DNA of 47,506 nt from an uncultured Patescibacteria group bacterium (GTDB lineage: Bacteria; Patescibacteriota; Patescibacteriia; UBA2591; CALHIP01): NCBI GenBank assembly GCA_938030745.1, contig CALHIP010000004.1, positions 1 to 47,506 on the forward strand, read 5' to 3'. Each line of letters begins with the position of its first letter. Position 1 is the stretch's first letter. This document shows positions 8,787-19,800 of the stretch, in pieces. Below the pieces are notes generated by a model. The model was given only the letters and a program-made list of their open reading frames with translations. It was not told where the DNA came from and did not search any database. Made by a program: the position numbers and the translations under genes.

Positions 8787-9894
8787 AAATTTTTATTTTA
8801 ATAAATTCATCTTTTTTTGGTATTTTTCTTTTCCAGAAAGGATGAAATTTAATTTTTACTTCCTCTATTTCTTTATATTGTTCAAGAAAATTTTTAAGCT
8901 CCTTTTCATTTAATGTTTTTATTTTTTCTAAATTAAAAATTGAAGAATTTTCTTTTATTATTGTATAGATTTTTATTTTTATTTCAAATTCACCTGTTTT
9001 TTCCTCAAGATTTAAATTTTTTAAATTATAGGTTAAACTTTTTTCATCAATATTTTTCAATTCTTCATCTGAAGGAAGACTATTCTTTGCCAATTTTTCT
9101 ATTAAATTCATTAACTCTCTTTCTTTAAAAAGAAATAAAATTACATCTATACTTCCATTAACTAAAAATTCTCCTTTTTCTTCACCAGCTTTTGCCTCAG
9201 AAACCACTTCTATTTTTCTTTCAATTGGATAAATTTTCCATTCAGCGAGATTAATTGTTTTTTCTCTAATTTTTTCTTGGATTTCTTTTTCAGCTTTGTC
9301 ATTTAATAATCGTTCAATATCTTCTTTTGCTTCTTTAATATCTTCTTCAGTAACTATTCCAATCTTTTTTATTCCTCCCTTCATTTTTTCATAACTTTCA
9401 GCATAAATTAATTTCTGTAAAGTAGCTGATAGACCAGGAATAATAAATTTTGTTGGCCCAACCTCACTTTCTTTTCCTGGCTTGTCAGCATAAACTTTTG
9501 CTTTAACTCTCGATTTTGCTGGAACAAAAACTTGATGATCTAATCGAAAGAGAACACCTTCTTGAGAAAGAAGTCGCGTTGTTCTAATCAAAGTTTGGTT
9601 TTGATTTGAATTATTGATAATTTCTACTTCACCTTTAGCAATTCCTTCCACTTCTAAACTAGCTTTTGGCGAAAAAAACTTCTCCTCTTTTAAATTAATA
9701 GTTATTAATTCTCCTTTTAAATCATTTGGAATTCTTATAATCTTTTCGAAAAAGACTTCTTTTAATCTTGGTTTAACAATTATTATCATTTTTCCCTCCT
9801 TGGTTAAGAAAAAAATAAAAGTCAAATTTAAAAGAATGAAAAGAGAGACAATGAAGAAGATAGCGATTTTTTTATGAGGATTATAATAAAGCAT
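8776..9894 (-). CDS. Membrane-anchored hypothetical protein, possibly baseplate-J-like
   Basis: 372 aa. N-terminal TM helix. The segment GIAKGEVEIINNSNQNQTLIRTTRLLSQEGVLFRL...VKAKVYADKPGKESEVGP resembles the Baseplate_J pattern seen in many CPR proteins (tentative). The C-terminal half is E/K-rich. Overlaps the thrS start by 11 nt. Confidence 0.55.
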   Translation of the reverse strand: MLYYNPHKKIAIFFIVSLFILLNLTFIFFLTKEGKMIIIVKPRLKEVFFEKIIRIPNDLKGELITINLKEEKFFSPKASLEVEGIAKGEVEIINNSNQNQTLIRTTRLLSQEGVLFRLDHQVFVPAKSRVKAKVYADKPGKESEVGPTKFIIPGLSATLQKLIYAESYEKMKGGIKKIGIVTEEDIKEAKEDIERLLNDKAEKEIQEKIREKTINLAEWKIYPIERKIEVVSEAKAGEEKGEFLVNGSIDVILFLFKERELMNLIEKLAKNSLPSDEELKNIDEKSLTYNLKNLNLEEKTGEFEIKIKIYTIIKENSSIFNLEKIKTLNEKELKNFLEQYKEIEEVKIKFHPFWKRKIPKKDEFIKIKIYGK

Positions 9895-9903
9895 TGCTAT
9901 TTA

Positions 9904-12900
9904 TTATCTTAATTCTTCTGCTTTTAAAACAATAATTTTCGGCTCTCCCTCCTTTTCTGAAATTTTACCTTCAATTAGAACAATTTTATTTTCTTGCCAA
10001 AGAAAGGGAAATTCTTTCAAAACCCTTGGAAAAACTAATGCTTCTACACTGCCAAAATAATCTTCAATCTTAACAAAAAGCATTGGTTCTTGAGTATTAG
10101 TAATTATTTTTTTAATCTTTGTAATAATTCCAGCAACTCTTACTAATTGACCTTCTTTCATTTCACTTAATTTTTGACAAGAGATAACCTTTTTCTCTTC
10201 TAAAATTTTATTTAAATTTTGAAGTGGATGACCGGATAGAAAAAGACCTAAAAATTCTTTTTCTAAATAAAATATTTCCTCAAGAGAAAAACTTTTAGCA
10301 TTCTTTAAGTTAAGATTGTGAGATTGTTTAAAATTAGAAAAAAGAGTTTTTTGGGGAGATTCTTTTTCTTTTTGAACTCTTCTAGCAAATTCTAAAAGCT
10401 CATTTAAATTTTCTAGAAGAGTACTTCTCTGATTAAATCTATCTAATGCACCAGCCTTAATTAAACTTTCTAACGATTTCTTATTAATATATTGAATAGG
10501 AACCCGACTTAAAAAATCTTCTAAACTTTGATAAGCACCATTTTCATTTCTTTCTAAAATAATTGCTTTAGCGACATTTTCACCAACATTTTTTATAGCT
10601 AATAAACCGAATCTAATAAACTTTTTTCCATCCTTTTTAACAATTGCAAAATTTTCTTCACTTTCATTGATATCTGGTGGAAGAACTTCTATACCTAGTC
10701 GTTTTGCCTCTTCAATTTCAATAGCAACTCGATCTAGATCATTGGCATCAGAAATTAAAAGAGCAGTCAAAAATTCTACTGGAAAATGTGTTTTTAAATA
10801 AGCAGTTTGATAAGCAATTGTTGCATAACAAGTAGCATGAGCTCGATTGAAAGCATAGCCAGCAAATGGTTCAATAAAATTATAAATTTGTTCAGCAATT
10901 TTTTTATCAATTTTATTTTTTATACACCCTTCAATAAATTTCTCTTTTTGTTCTTTTAAAAGTCCAGGAATTTTTTTACCTATCGCTTTCCTTAAAACAT
11001 CTGCTTCTGCCAAAGAAAAGCCAGCTAATTCTTTAGCAATCTCTAAAATTTGTTCTTGGTAGACAGCAATACCATAAGTTTTTTCTAAAATTGGTTTAAG
11101 TTTTGGATGAAGATAAGAAATTTTTTTAGTATATTTTCCAGCAATATATTTAGGAATAAACTCCATTGGTCCTGGTCGATAAAGAGAAATTATCGCAATA
11201 ATATCCTCGAAAGTAGATGGTTTAAGTTCTTTTAAATATTTCTGCATTCCTTTACTTTCTAATTGAAAGACACCAACTGTCTCTCCATTTTTAAAGAGTT
11301 CAAAAGTTTTCTTATCATCAAGAGGAATTTTATCCAATTCTATTTTTTTACCCTCTCTCTCTAAAAATTTTAGAGTTAATTCTAAAATAGTTAAATTTTT
11401 TAATCCTAAAAGATCAATTTTTAAAAGTCCTAAATCTTCAATCGAATACATTGAATATTGAGAAATAAGAACCCTTTTCTTTTGTTGGACATCAAACTGG
11501 GTTGGTAAAAAATTATTAAGTGGTTCAGGAGTAATAACAACTCCACAAGCATGAGTTGAAGCATGTCTGGCGACTCCTTCTAATTTTTTAGCAATTTCAA
11601 TTATTTTTCTTGCCTCTGGATTTTCTAAATATGTATCTCTTAATTCTTTCACATTTGTTAATGCTTCCTCTAAAGAAAGAGACTGTGGAACCATTTTTGC
11701 TAATCGATCACAAAAATTATAAGGAAGTCCTAAGACTCGACCAACATCTCTGATAGCTACCCGAGCAGCCATAGTTCCAAAAGTAATAATCTGAGCAACA
11801 TTTTCTTGACCATATTTTGCTTTTAAATAATCAATAACTTCATCACGACGGATATCAGTGAAATCTAAATCAATATCTGGAGCAGAAATTCTTTCCGGAT
11901 TAATAAATCTTTCAAAAATTAACTCATATTTTAATGGATCAACAGAAGTAATTCCTAACAGATAAGAAACGATTGAAGCTGCTGCCGAACCTCGGCCAGG
12001 ACCAATCATAATTTTATTTTCTCTAGCCCAATTAACAAAATCGGCAACAATTAAAAAATAAGTGGCAAAGCCAGTTTTTTTGATAACTTCTAATTCATAA
12101 TTTAATCTTTCTATAACTTCTTTTGATGCTTTAGGATATTTCTCTTTTATTTTTTCAAAACATAGTTTCTTTAAATATTCATTAGGATCCTCACCAGCAG
12201 GAAGAGGGAAAGGAGGAAATTTTATTTTGCCAAGTTCTATTTCTAAATTACATTTCTCAGCGATCTCTTCGGTAGTGAAAACAACCTCATCATTATCTTT
12301 AAAAAAATTTAACATTTCTTGCTCTGAACGGAAATAAAAATCATTAGAAGGCATCTTAAGTCTATCTTTATCAGTAATTTTCTTTTTTGTCTGAAGGCAC
12401 AAAAGAATATCTTGAATTTCTGCATCTTCTCTATTAAGATAATGGATATCAGATGTCGCTACTACCTTAAGATTATATTTTTTTCCGATTTCAATTAACT
12501 TTTTATTAACTTTAATTTGTTCAGGGAAATTATGAGCCTGAACTTCTAAATAAAAATCATCTTTAAAAATTTCTTGATATGTAGAAATAATTTTCTCTAA
12601 ATCTTTTGTTCTTTCTTCTAAAATTGCCCTTGGAATTTCTCCTTGTAAACAGCCAGACAAAGCAATTAATCCATCATGGTAAATTCTTAAAAGTTCAAGA
12701 TCAATTCTTGGTTTATAATAAAAGCCCTCAAGATGGGCTAAACTTGTTAACCGAATTAAATTTTTATAACCAATTTCATTTTTTGCTAAAAGAGTCAGAT
12801 GAAATGGTTTATCATCAATTTTTATTCTTTTTAAAAATCTTGACTCAGGAGTAAGATAAGCCTCAAAACCAATAATTGGTTTTATTCCAGCCTCTTTTGC

Positions 12901-13056
12901 TTTTTTGTAAAACTCAATTGCTCCATACATTACTCCATGATCAGTTAAAGCAAGTGCTTTCATTTTTTCATTTTTTGCTTTTTCAATTAGATCATCAATT
13001 TTTGGTAAACCATCAAGTAAAGAATAATGAGAATGAACATGAAGATGAACAAACAT
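9904..13056 (-). CDS. dnaE: DNA polymerase III alpha subunit
   Basis: 1050 aa. PHP domain FVHLHVHSHYSLLDG, a polymerase core (GPGRGSAAAS, DIDLDF) and a C-terminal OB fold. Confidence 0.95.
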   Translation of the reverse strand: MFVHLHVHSHYSLLDGLPKIDDLIEKAKNEKMKALALTDHGVMYGAIEFYKKAKEAGIKPIIGFEAYLTPESRFLKRIKIDDKPFHLTLLAKNEIGYKNLIRLTSLAHLEGFYYKPRIDLELLRIYHDGLIALSGCLQGEIPRAILEERTKDLEKIISTYQEIFKDDFYLEVQAHNFPEQIKVNKKLIEIGKKYNLKVVATSDIHYLNREDAEIQDILLCLQTKKKITDKDRLKMPSNDFYFRSEQEMLNFFKDNDEVVFTTEEIAEKCNLEIELGKIKFPPFPLPAGEDPNEYLKKLCFEKIKEKYPKASKEVIERLNYELEVIKKTGFATYFLIVADFVNWARENKIMIGPGRGSAAASIVSYLLGITSVDPLKYELIFERFINPERISAPDIDLDFTDIRRDEVIDYLKAKYGQENVAQIITFGTMAARVAIRDVGRVLGLPYNFCDRLAKMVPQSLSLEEALTNVKELRDTYLENPEARKIIEIAKKLEGVARHASTHACGVVITPEPLNNFLPTQFDVQQKKRVLISQYSMYSIEDLGLLKIDLLGLKNLTILELTLKFLEREGKKIELDKIPLDDKKTFELFKNGETVGVFQLESKGMQKYLKELKPSTFEDIIAIISLYRPGPMEFIPKYIAGKYTKKISYLHPKLKPILEKTYGIAVYQEQILEIAKELAGFSLAEADVLRKAIGKKIPGLLKEQKEKFIEGCIKNKIDKKIAEQIYNFIEPFAGYAFNRAHATCYATIAYQTAYLKTHFPVEFLTALLISDANDLDRVAIEIEEAKRLGIEVLPPDINESEENFAIVKKDGKKFIRFGLLAIKNVGENVAKAIILERNENGAYQSLEDFLSRVPIQYINKKSLESLIKAGALDRFNQRSTLLENLNELLEFARRVQKEKESPQKTLFSNFKQSHNLNLKNAKSFSLEEIFYLEKEFLGLFLSGHPLQNLNKILEEKKVISCQKLSEMKEGQLVRVAGIITKIKKIITNTQEPMLFVKIEDYFGSVEALVFPRVLKEFPFLWQENKIVLIEGKISEKEGEPKIIVLKAEELR

Positions 13057-13088
13057 ATTAAAAAACTTAAAATGAAAATTTAAAGCTT

Positions 13089-13379
13089 CTATTTTTTCTC
13101 TTCTTTTTCTTTATTTTTTTTCCTCTCTTTTAAAAAATCAATTACTGTTCTAATTCCTTCAGCGATAAGAGGGAGGAGGGTTATTTCTTTGATTTTCCTT
13201 TCAGTAGTTTTAACAATCTCATTAAGTCTTCCACTAACTTCTTCAATAAATCTTCCGGCATTATACAATTTCTTTATTAACCTTATTAAATAATAGAGGA
13301 AAAAACAGGTAAAAAAAGAAATCGTTAAAATTGATAAACCCAGAATAAGAAATAAAATGTCCTTACTTGTTTGAATCAT
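13089..13379 (-). CDS. Small membrane-anchored protein (DUF948-like, tentative)
   Basis: 96 aa. One N-terminal TM helix, then a helical segment and a K/E-rich tail. First gene of the minus-strand dnaE-thrS string. Confidence 0.5.
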   Translation of the reverse strand: MIQTSKDILFLILGLSILTISFFTCFFLYYLIRLIKKLYNAGRFIEEVSGRLNEIVKTTERKIKEITLLPLIAEGIRTVIDFLKERKKNKEKEEKK

Positions 13380-13445
13380 AGATTTGTCTTTTAATAAATT
13401 TAAGGTATAATTATTATAATTGATTTTGATAAATTAATCAAATTT

Positions 13446-14309
13446 ATGGATAAAAATAATGTTGATTTTACTGAAAAAGAATTAAAGATTGTCTATTTTT
13501 TTGTGACAAAAAAGAAATTTTTGAAGAAAATTCTTATCGGCTTTTTAATCCTGATAAATATTTTTATCTATACTTATTTGATTTATCATTCTATCCAATA
13601 TTTGACTCAAAGTAAAGAATATCAAATGATGGAAAAAGAACTTACTTCTCAAAATGTTAATTTTAGCATAATTCGTCAAGCTATTTCACCAATTCCTGTT
13701 AGCGTTGTTTTCTCAAAAGCAATTCCTTTGAGTGGTTTTAAATATCATTTAGTTTGTTTAGTTGAAAATCTAAATAAAGATTGGTTTATTAAATCTTTAG
13801 ATTATAAATTTATTTTATCTGGTTTTGAAACAAAATCTTTTAAAAGTTTCCTTTTGCCAGAGGAAAAGAAAATCCTTACTGATTTCAATGAGACAATCAC
13901 TCAAAGGCCAGATAGTATTTTTTGCCAAATTTCAAATATAAAATGGCAAAGAGTTAAACCTGATAAAAGACATCTCTTAGAGATTCCAAAAAATTTTATC
14001 ATCAAAGATTTAAAATATCAACAAGCAACTAAAATTGATGAGAGTAATATTCTTACTTTTAAATTTATAAATTCAACGATTTATAATTTCTGGGAAATTG
14101 ATCTTTTAATTAACTTTTATTCAAAAAAAGAGATTGTTTGGGTTGAAAAGATAAAAATTAAAGAAATAATGAGTAAAGAAGAGAGAGGAATAAAAATTAT
14201 TTTACCTAATTTTTTGCCTTTTATTTCAGAAATTGAGGTCCAGCCAGAGATTAATGTTTTTGATCAATCTTCTTTTATTCCTTTAAGAATAAAGCCAAAA
14301 GAAAGATAA
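13446..14309 (+). CDS. Hypothetical membrane-anchored protein
   Basis: 287 aa. Single TM near residues 28-48, followed by a non-repetitive extracytoplasmic domain. No motif recognised. Immediately precedes the SEDS gene. Confidence 0.55.
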   Translation: MDKNNVDFTEKELKIVYFFVTKKKFLKKILIGFLILINIFIYTYLIYHSIQYLTQSKEYQMMEKELTSQNVNFSIIRQAISPIPVSVVFSKAIPLSGFKYHLVCLVENLNKDWFIKSLDYKFILSGFETKSFKSFLLPEEKKILTDFNETITQRPDSIFCQISNIKWQRVKPDKRHLLEIPKNFIIKDLKYQQATKIDESNILTFKFINSTIYNFWEIDLLINFYSKKEIVWVEKIKIKEIMSKEERGIKIILPNFLPFISEIEVQPEINVFDQSSFIPLRIKPKER

Positions 14310-14311
14310 TT

Positions 14312-15424
14312 ATGTTATTTTCTGCGATAATAAGGAAAATTAAATTTTTTGATTGGACATTTTTTATTTTGATTCTTCTTTTACTAATTTTAGGGTTAAC
14401 TATTCAATATAGTCTTTCTTTAGGATTAGAGTCAGACAATTTTTTTATTTTTAAAAAACATTTAGCTTTTATTATTTTAGGATTGATTGTTTTTTTTCTT
14501 TTAAGTTTTTTTGATTTCCGGATTTTAAAACAATTAGCTCCTCTTCTTTATTTATTTATTGTTTTACTTCTTATTTTTGTACTTATTCTTGGTAAACCAA
14601 TTCGAGGAGTAAAAGGTTGGTATTTTCTCGGTTTGGCTTATTTTCAACCGGTCGAATTAGCAAAAATTGTTTTTATTATTATTATGGCTAAGATAATAAC
14701 AGAAAAAATTAGAGAAAATAATGAATTAAAAAAAATTATTTTGAGCGGAATTCTTCTTTCTCCTTTATTTTTTTTAACTCTGCTTCAGCCTGACTTTGGT
14801 TCAGCTATAATTTTTATTTTGATTTGGCTTTTTCTTATTTCATTAAATATTCAAAAAATAAAAAATTTTTTCTTTATTATCATTTTTTTAATTTTAATCT
14901 TCCTTTTCTTTTGGCAATTTATTTTAAAAGATTATCAAAAAGCAAGGATTATCACTTTTTTCTCTCCTTACAAAGATCCTCTTGGCAGAGGTTATCAAAT
15001 TCTTCAGGCAAAAATTGCTATCGGTTCTGGCAAACTTTTTGGTCGAGGTATTGGTTATGGTTCACAAGGACAGATGAAGTTTTTACCAGCTAGTCGGACT
15101 GATTTTATTTTTGCTGCTTTAGCTGAAGAATTAGGATTCTTTGGCTCACTTCTTCTTATTTTTTTATTTACCCTCCTTTTTTTAAAAATAATTAGAATCT
15201 CAAAAGTTGTTTATGACAATTTTAGCCTTTTTGTTGTTTTAGGAATTGGTTTTAATTTATTTCTCCATGTTATAATTAATCTCAGCATGAATTTAGGCCT
15301 TCTTCCAATTGTCGGCATTCCTTTACCTTTAATCAGTTACGGAGGAAGTTGTCTTATTGCTACCTTAATTTCTTTAGGAATAATTGAGAGTATAATTATC
15401 CATCAAGAGATTCCTTCTTATTGA
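14312..15424 (+). CDS. SEDS-family peptidoglycan polymerase (FtsW/RodA)
   Basis: 370 aa polytopic membrane protein with SEDS hallmarks (QPVELAKI, LQPDFGSA, TDFIFAALAEELGF, PLPLISYGGS). Confidence 0.9.
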   Translation: MLFSAIIRKIKFFDWTFFILILLLLILGLTIQYSLSLGLESDNFFIFKKHLAFIILGLIVFFLLSFFDFRILKQLAPLLYLFIVLLLIFVLILGKPIRGVKGWYFLGLAYFQPVELAKIVFIIIMAKIITEKIRENNELKKIILSGILLSPLFFLTLLQPDFGSAIIFILIWLFLISLNIQKIKNFFFIIIFLILIFLFFWQFILKDYQKARIITFFSPYKDPLGRGYQILQAKIAIGSGKLFGRGIGYGSQGQMKFLPASRTDFIFAALAEELGFFGSLLLIFLFTLLFLKIIRISKVVYDNFSLFVVLGIGFNLFLHVIINLSMNLGLLPIVGIPLPLISYGGSCLIATLISLGIIESIIIHQEIPSY

Positions 15425-15449
15425 AAAAATAATTATTTTAAGATATAAT
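15421..15449 (+). promoter_or_regulatory. Predicted sigma70-type promoter for CDS 15462
   Basis: TTGAAA (15421-15426, overlapping the upstream stop), 17-nt spacer, TATAAT (15444-15449). The ATG lies 12 nt after the -10, so the 5' UTR would be only about 6 nt. Confidence 0.5.
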
Positions 15450-15461
15450 ATTTTAAATTTT

Positions 15462-16475
15462 ATGTCTGAAAATTTAACAAAAACTAATTTTCATTTAATT
15501 ATTAAAACTATTATCATTATTCTCTTTTTGATTTTTCTTTACTTCATCCGCGATATTCTTTTACTCTTAGTTGTTGCTTTTATTATCGCTTCTATCTTTT
15601 CTCCTATTGTTGATTGGTTTGAAAGGAAAAAAGTTTCTCGCTTTGTTGCCACCTTATTAGTTTATTCACTTCTTCTTTTAATTTTTATTATCATTTTAAT
15701 TCTTGTGATTCCAAACCTGGCAAAAGAAATAGAATTTATTGGTGAAAGGATTTCTAATTATTATTCTTTTCTAAAATCAATTTTTGGCGAGAGTCAAAAA
15801 TTTTTACCAAAAGATTTTTCTGAATTTATTAGAGATTGGCAGAAAGAAATTCCAGCTATTAGCCGAGGGATTTTTTCTCTTTTAGGTGGTGTGGCAAGTA
15901 CATTTTTCTCCTGCTTTCTTATTGCTATTATTTCTTTCTATATTATTGTCGAAAAAAATTCTTTGGAAAAATTCTTTACTTATTTTGTTCCAGAAAAATA
16001 CCATCAATTTGTTTCTCGATTAATTTCTCTCTCTCAAAAAGATTTAAGTAATTGGGGGTGGGGAATGTTGATTTTAATGTTCTTAATTGCTGGTCTAACC
16101 TATATTGGACTTTTAATTCTTCATGTTAAATATCCTTTATTTTTAGCAGTTATTGCTGGTTTTACTGAAGTCATTCCAAGAATTGGTCCTTTTATTGGTG
16201 CTATTCCAGCGGTAATTTTAGCATTCTTCCAGTCGCCAGTTAAAGCCCTTTTAGTAGCCGTTCTCTATTTGATTATTCAACAAATTGAAAATTCAATAGT
16301 TGTGCCCCAGTTAATGAAAAAAGTAGTTGGTCTTAATCCAATTGTAACTATTATTGTTCTTTTAATAGGAGCAAAAATCGGTGGAATTTTCGGTGCAATT
16401 ATTGCTGTTCCTGTGACCGCGGTGATTAATATTGTTATAAGAGAATACCTTGCTTTAAAAAAACAAATCCAATAA
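15462..16475 (+). CDS. AI-2E family transporter (PerM-like permease)
   Basis: 337 aa with about 8 TM segments. The C-terminal region GFTEVIPRIGPFIGAIPAV...IQQIENSIVVPQLM is typical of the AI-2E/UPF0118 family. Confidence 0.82.
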   Translation: MSENLTKTNFHLIIKTIIIILFLIFLYFIRDILLLLVVAFIIASIFSPIVDWFERKKVSRFVATLLVYSLLLLIFIIILILVIPNLAKEIEFIGERISNYYSFLKSIFGESQKFLPKDFSEFIRDWQKEIPAISRGIFSLLGGVASTFFSCFLIAIISFYIIVEKNSLEKFFTYFVPEKYHQFVSRLISLSQKDLSNWGWGMLILMFLIAGLTYIGLLILHVKYPLFLAVIAGFTEVIPRIGPFIGAIPAVILAFFQSPVKALLVAVLYLIIQQIENSIVVPQLMKKVVGLNPIVTIIVLLIGAKIGGIFGAIIAVPVTAVINIVIREYLALKKQIQ

Positions 16476-16479
16476 AACA

Positions 16480-16884
16480 ATGAGGAAAGAAAAAAAACCA
16501 TTTTTTAAGGTTTTATTTTACTCTTATTTTTTTTCATTAATTTTAATTTTAATTTTGATTTTATTTTTATTTGGACTTTTAAAAAATTTCTTCCAAAAAA
16601 GACAACCTTTAATTAGAGAAATTTCTATTTTAGAAGAAGAAATTAGAAAACTTGAAGGAGAAAAATTAAATCTTTTAGAGACATTAGAATATTTAAAGAG
16701 TGATTTTTATAAAGAAAAAGAAGCAAGAGAAAAATTTGGTTTACAAAAACCTGGTGAGAAAGCAGTCGTTATTCTTCCTCCTGAAAAAAAAGAAGAAGTA
16801 AAGGAGACAACACAAAAAGAAATTTCAAATTTCAAAAAATGGTGGTACTATATTTTAAATAAAACTTATGAAAGGAAAAAATAA
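16480..16884 (+). CDS. Septum formation initiator (FtsB/DivIC-like)
   Basis: 134 aa. N-terminal TM, a coiled coil, and the conserved tail YKEKEAREKFGLQKPGEKAVVI. Confidence 0.65.
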   Translation: MRKEKKPFFKVLFYSYFFSLILILILILFLFGLLKNFFQKRQPLIREISILEEEIRKLEGEKLNLLETLEYLKSDFYKEKEAREKFGLQKPGEKAVVILPPEKKEEVKETTQKEISNFKKWWYYILNKTYERKK

Positions 16885-19800
16885 GAAAATTTTCAATTTG
16901 TTTCTATTAGGCATGTTGTTTTTTTCAGGATTCTTTTTTGTTTTGGCGAGACCGGTAAAAGCACAGTGGGTGAATCACGTGGTGATTAGTGAAGTGCAGA
17001 TTAGCGGAAATACGGCCGATGACGAATTTATTGAACTTTATAACCCAACCGATAATCCAATAGATTTAACCGGTTATTTTTTAAAAAAGAAATTTAAAAA
17101 TACAAAAGGAGAAATAATTGAAGAAACTTTTGTCATCAACACTTACTTTGTCAATAAAATTATTCAACCTAGAAAGTTTTTACTTTTAGCCCGCAAAGAT
17201 TATTACCAAGGTTTGGTAGTGCCTGATATCACTTGGCCTAAAAGTTATTATCTTTCAAACAACAATACAATCATCCTTTATGACGCGTCGGCTAATATTA
17301 TAGATAAACTTGGATGGGGGCCTGAGGCGCCCGATAGCGAAACCCAACCCTTTCCCCAGAATCCTGGTAAGAACCAAAGCATTGAACGTAAAGCCTCACA
17401 ATATTCAACGGCTATTACTTTAGGATCGGGCGGTCAAGAAGAAAAAAGCGGTAATGGTTGGGATACCAATAATAATGCCATGGATTTTGTTTTACAAACC
17501 ACTCCTAATCCTCAAAATAGCTTTTCGCCAACAGAAAATGAGTTGCCACTATCTAAACCGGTTCAACAAGAACAACAGCTGGAACAGCAAGATCAACAAC
17601 AAGAAGAGTACAAAACGCAAAATTTTCCATCAGATGTAGTCATTAATGAATTTGTTTCCGATCCGGTTGATGGTGAAGAAGAATGGATTGAGCTTTATAA
17701 TAATACTGATCAAGAAATTGATTTGACCAATTGGAAAATTGAAGAAGGTTCTGGAGCTCAGACAAATCTTTCTGGGAAAATTGGGCCGAAAGATTTTTTT
17801 GTTGTTGAAAAGATTAAAGGTTATTTAAATAATACCGGTGATATTATTAAGTTAATTGATTCAAATGGTCGAATTATTGATCAGGTTAGCTATGGTAATT
17901 GGGATGATTTTAATAAAGATGATAATGCGCCAACAACATCTGATCCAAATTCAATAGCCAGAATTATTGATGGTTATGATACCGACCAAGATAATTTAGA
18001 TTTTAAAATCTCAACCATCCCAAGTAAAGGCAAACCAAATAAATTTTTAAAAGAATATCCATTAGGAATAATTATTAATGAAATTTTGCCCAATCCAAAA
18101 GGTGATGATTCTGAAAATGAGTTTATTGAATTAAAAAATATCACTGATTATGAAATTGATTTAGATGGCTGGAAATTAGAGGATAAAGGTGGAACAAAAT
18201 TTGTTATTTCATCAAAAAATTTTCCTACAACTAAAATTCTAGCTAAAGGATTTTTTGTAATCAAACGAAAAGATTCTAAAATTGCTTTAAATAATTCTGG
18301 CCTAGAAACAATAAAACTTTATCAGCCAAATGATAATTTAGTTGATGAAGTTTCTTATTCTGGTGATATTGCTGAGGATCTCTCTTATGCTAGAGATGAA
18401 AAAAATGATTGGTTTTGGACAATTCAACCAACACCAGGTCAAGAAAATATTATCAAAAAAGCTAACCAAAAACCAAAAGCAGTTATTTCTAGTTTGAATA
18501 AGGCCTTGGTTAACGAAGAAATAATTTTTGATGCTTCTGATTCATACGATCCGGATGGTGATAGTTTGACCTACTTCTGGGATCTCGGTGATGGAACAAA
18601 AAGTGAAAATATTTTAGTCAAACATATTTATAAAAAAGCTGGTAAATACAATGTCAAACTTGAAGTTAAAGATAGTTTTGGCGAGACTGACTCAACTAGT
18701 TTAAAAATCGAAATTTTAAAAGATGAAAAAGGTGAAAAAATAATTTATTTTAATCCAACTGAATTAAAAATTTTAATTACTGAATTTTTACCAAATCCGG
18801 AAGGAAGTGATGAATCAGAGTGGATTGAAATCTTTAATGCTAATGATAAAGAAATAGATTTATCAGGTTGGTTCTTAGATGATGCAGAAGGCGGAAGTAA
18901 GCCTTATAAGATCAAAGAAGGAACAAAAATTCTACCTGGTGAATATTTGGTTTTTGAAAGAAAAGAAACAAAAATTGCTTTAAATAATAATTTTGATTCG
19001 GTTCGTCTTCTTGATCCGGAAGGAAATTTATTTTATGAAATTTCTTATGAAAAATCAAAAGAAGGATTTTCTTATGCTTTAGATGAAAATGGTGAGTGGC
19101 ATTGGACTTCGATTTTAACTCCTGGCAATAAAAATATATTTAGTGAAGAAACAAAATCAAAAACAAAAATTGCAACAGAAAAAGGAAAAATTTTAGAAAT
19201 TCCATTATCGGAAGTCAGAAATCAAGACATTGGTGATTTAATAAAAGTAAAAGGTGTTGTCTCAGTTGAGCCTGGCGTTTTAGGTTCTCAGATTTTTTAT
19301 TTGTCAGGTTCAGGCATTCAGATTTATTCATCAAAGAAAGAATTTCCAAATTTAAAAATTGGTGATAAAGTTGAAATCGTTGGTGAATTAGCTGAATATA
19401 AAGGTGAAACAAGAATAAAAGTTTCTTTAAAAGATGATATAAAAATTTTAGAAAATGGAATTCCACCAGAGCCAAAAAAAGTAAAAACTGGTGAAATTGA
19501 TGAAGACTTAGAAGGAAGTTTAGTTGTTGTTATTGGCCAGATGATTGAGTCAAAAACAAATTATTTTTATTTAGATGATAGCAGTGGTGAGATTAAAGTA
19601 TATCTTAAATCTACAACTGGCATTAAAAAACCAAAAATGAAAGAAGGTGATTGGTTAAAAGTTATTGGTATTGTTAGTCAATATTCTCAGGAATATCGAA
19701 TTTTACCACGTTATCAAAGTGATATAGAATTGATAAGGAAAATAACTGATTCAATTAAGTTTCAAACAGCTAGTAACTTATCTCAAACAAAATCCCTTTT

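Noticed and set aside
17281-17460. A locally elevated G+C patch (about 45-53% by eye, against ~25-30% nearby) in the first LTD repeat of the large surface protein, as a possible sign of horizontal or mosaic origin.
   Set aside because: The patch encodes a Gly/Pro/Ala-rich conserved LTD segment (GWGPEAPDSETQPFPQNPG...SGGQEEKSGNGWD). The composition is therefore explained by amino-acid content rather than foreign DNA, and the flanking codons use the same AT-biased choices.
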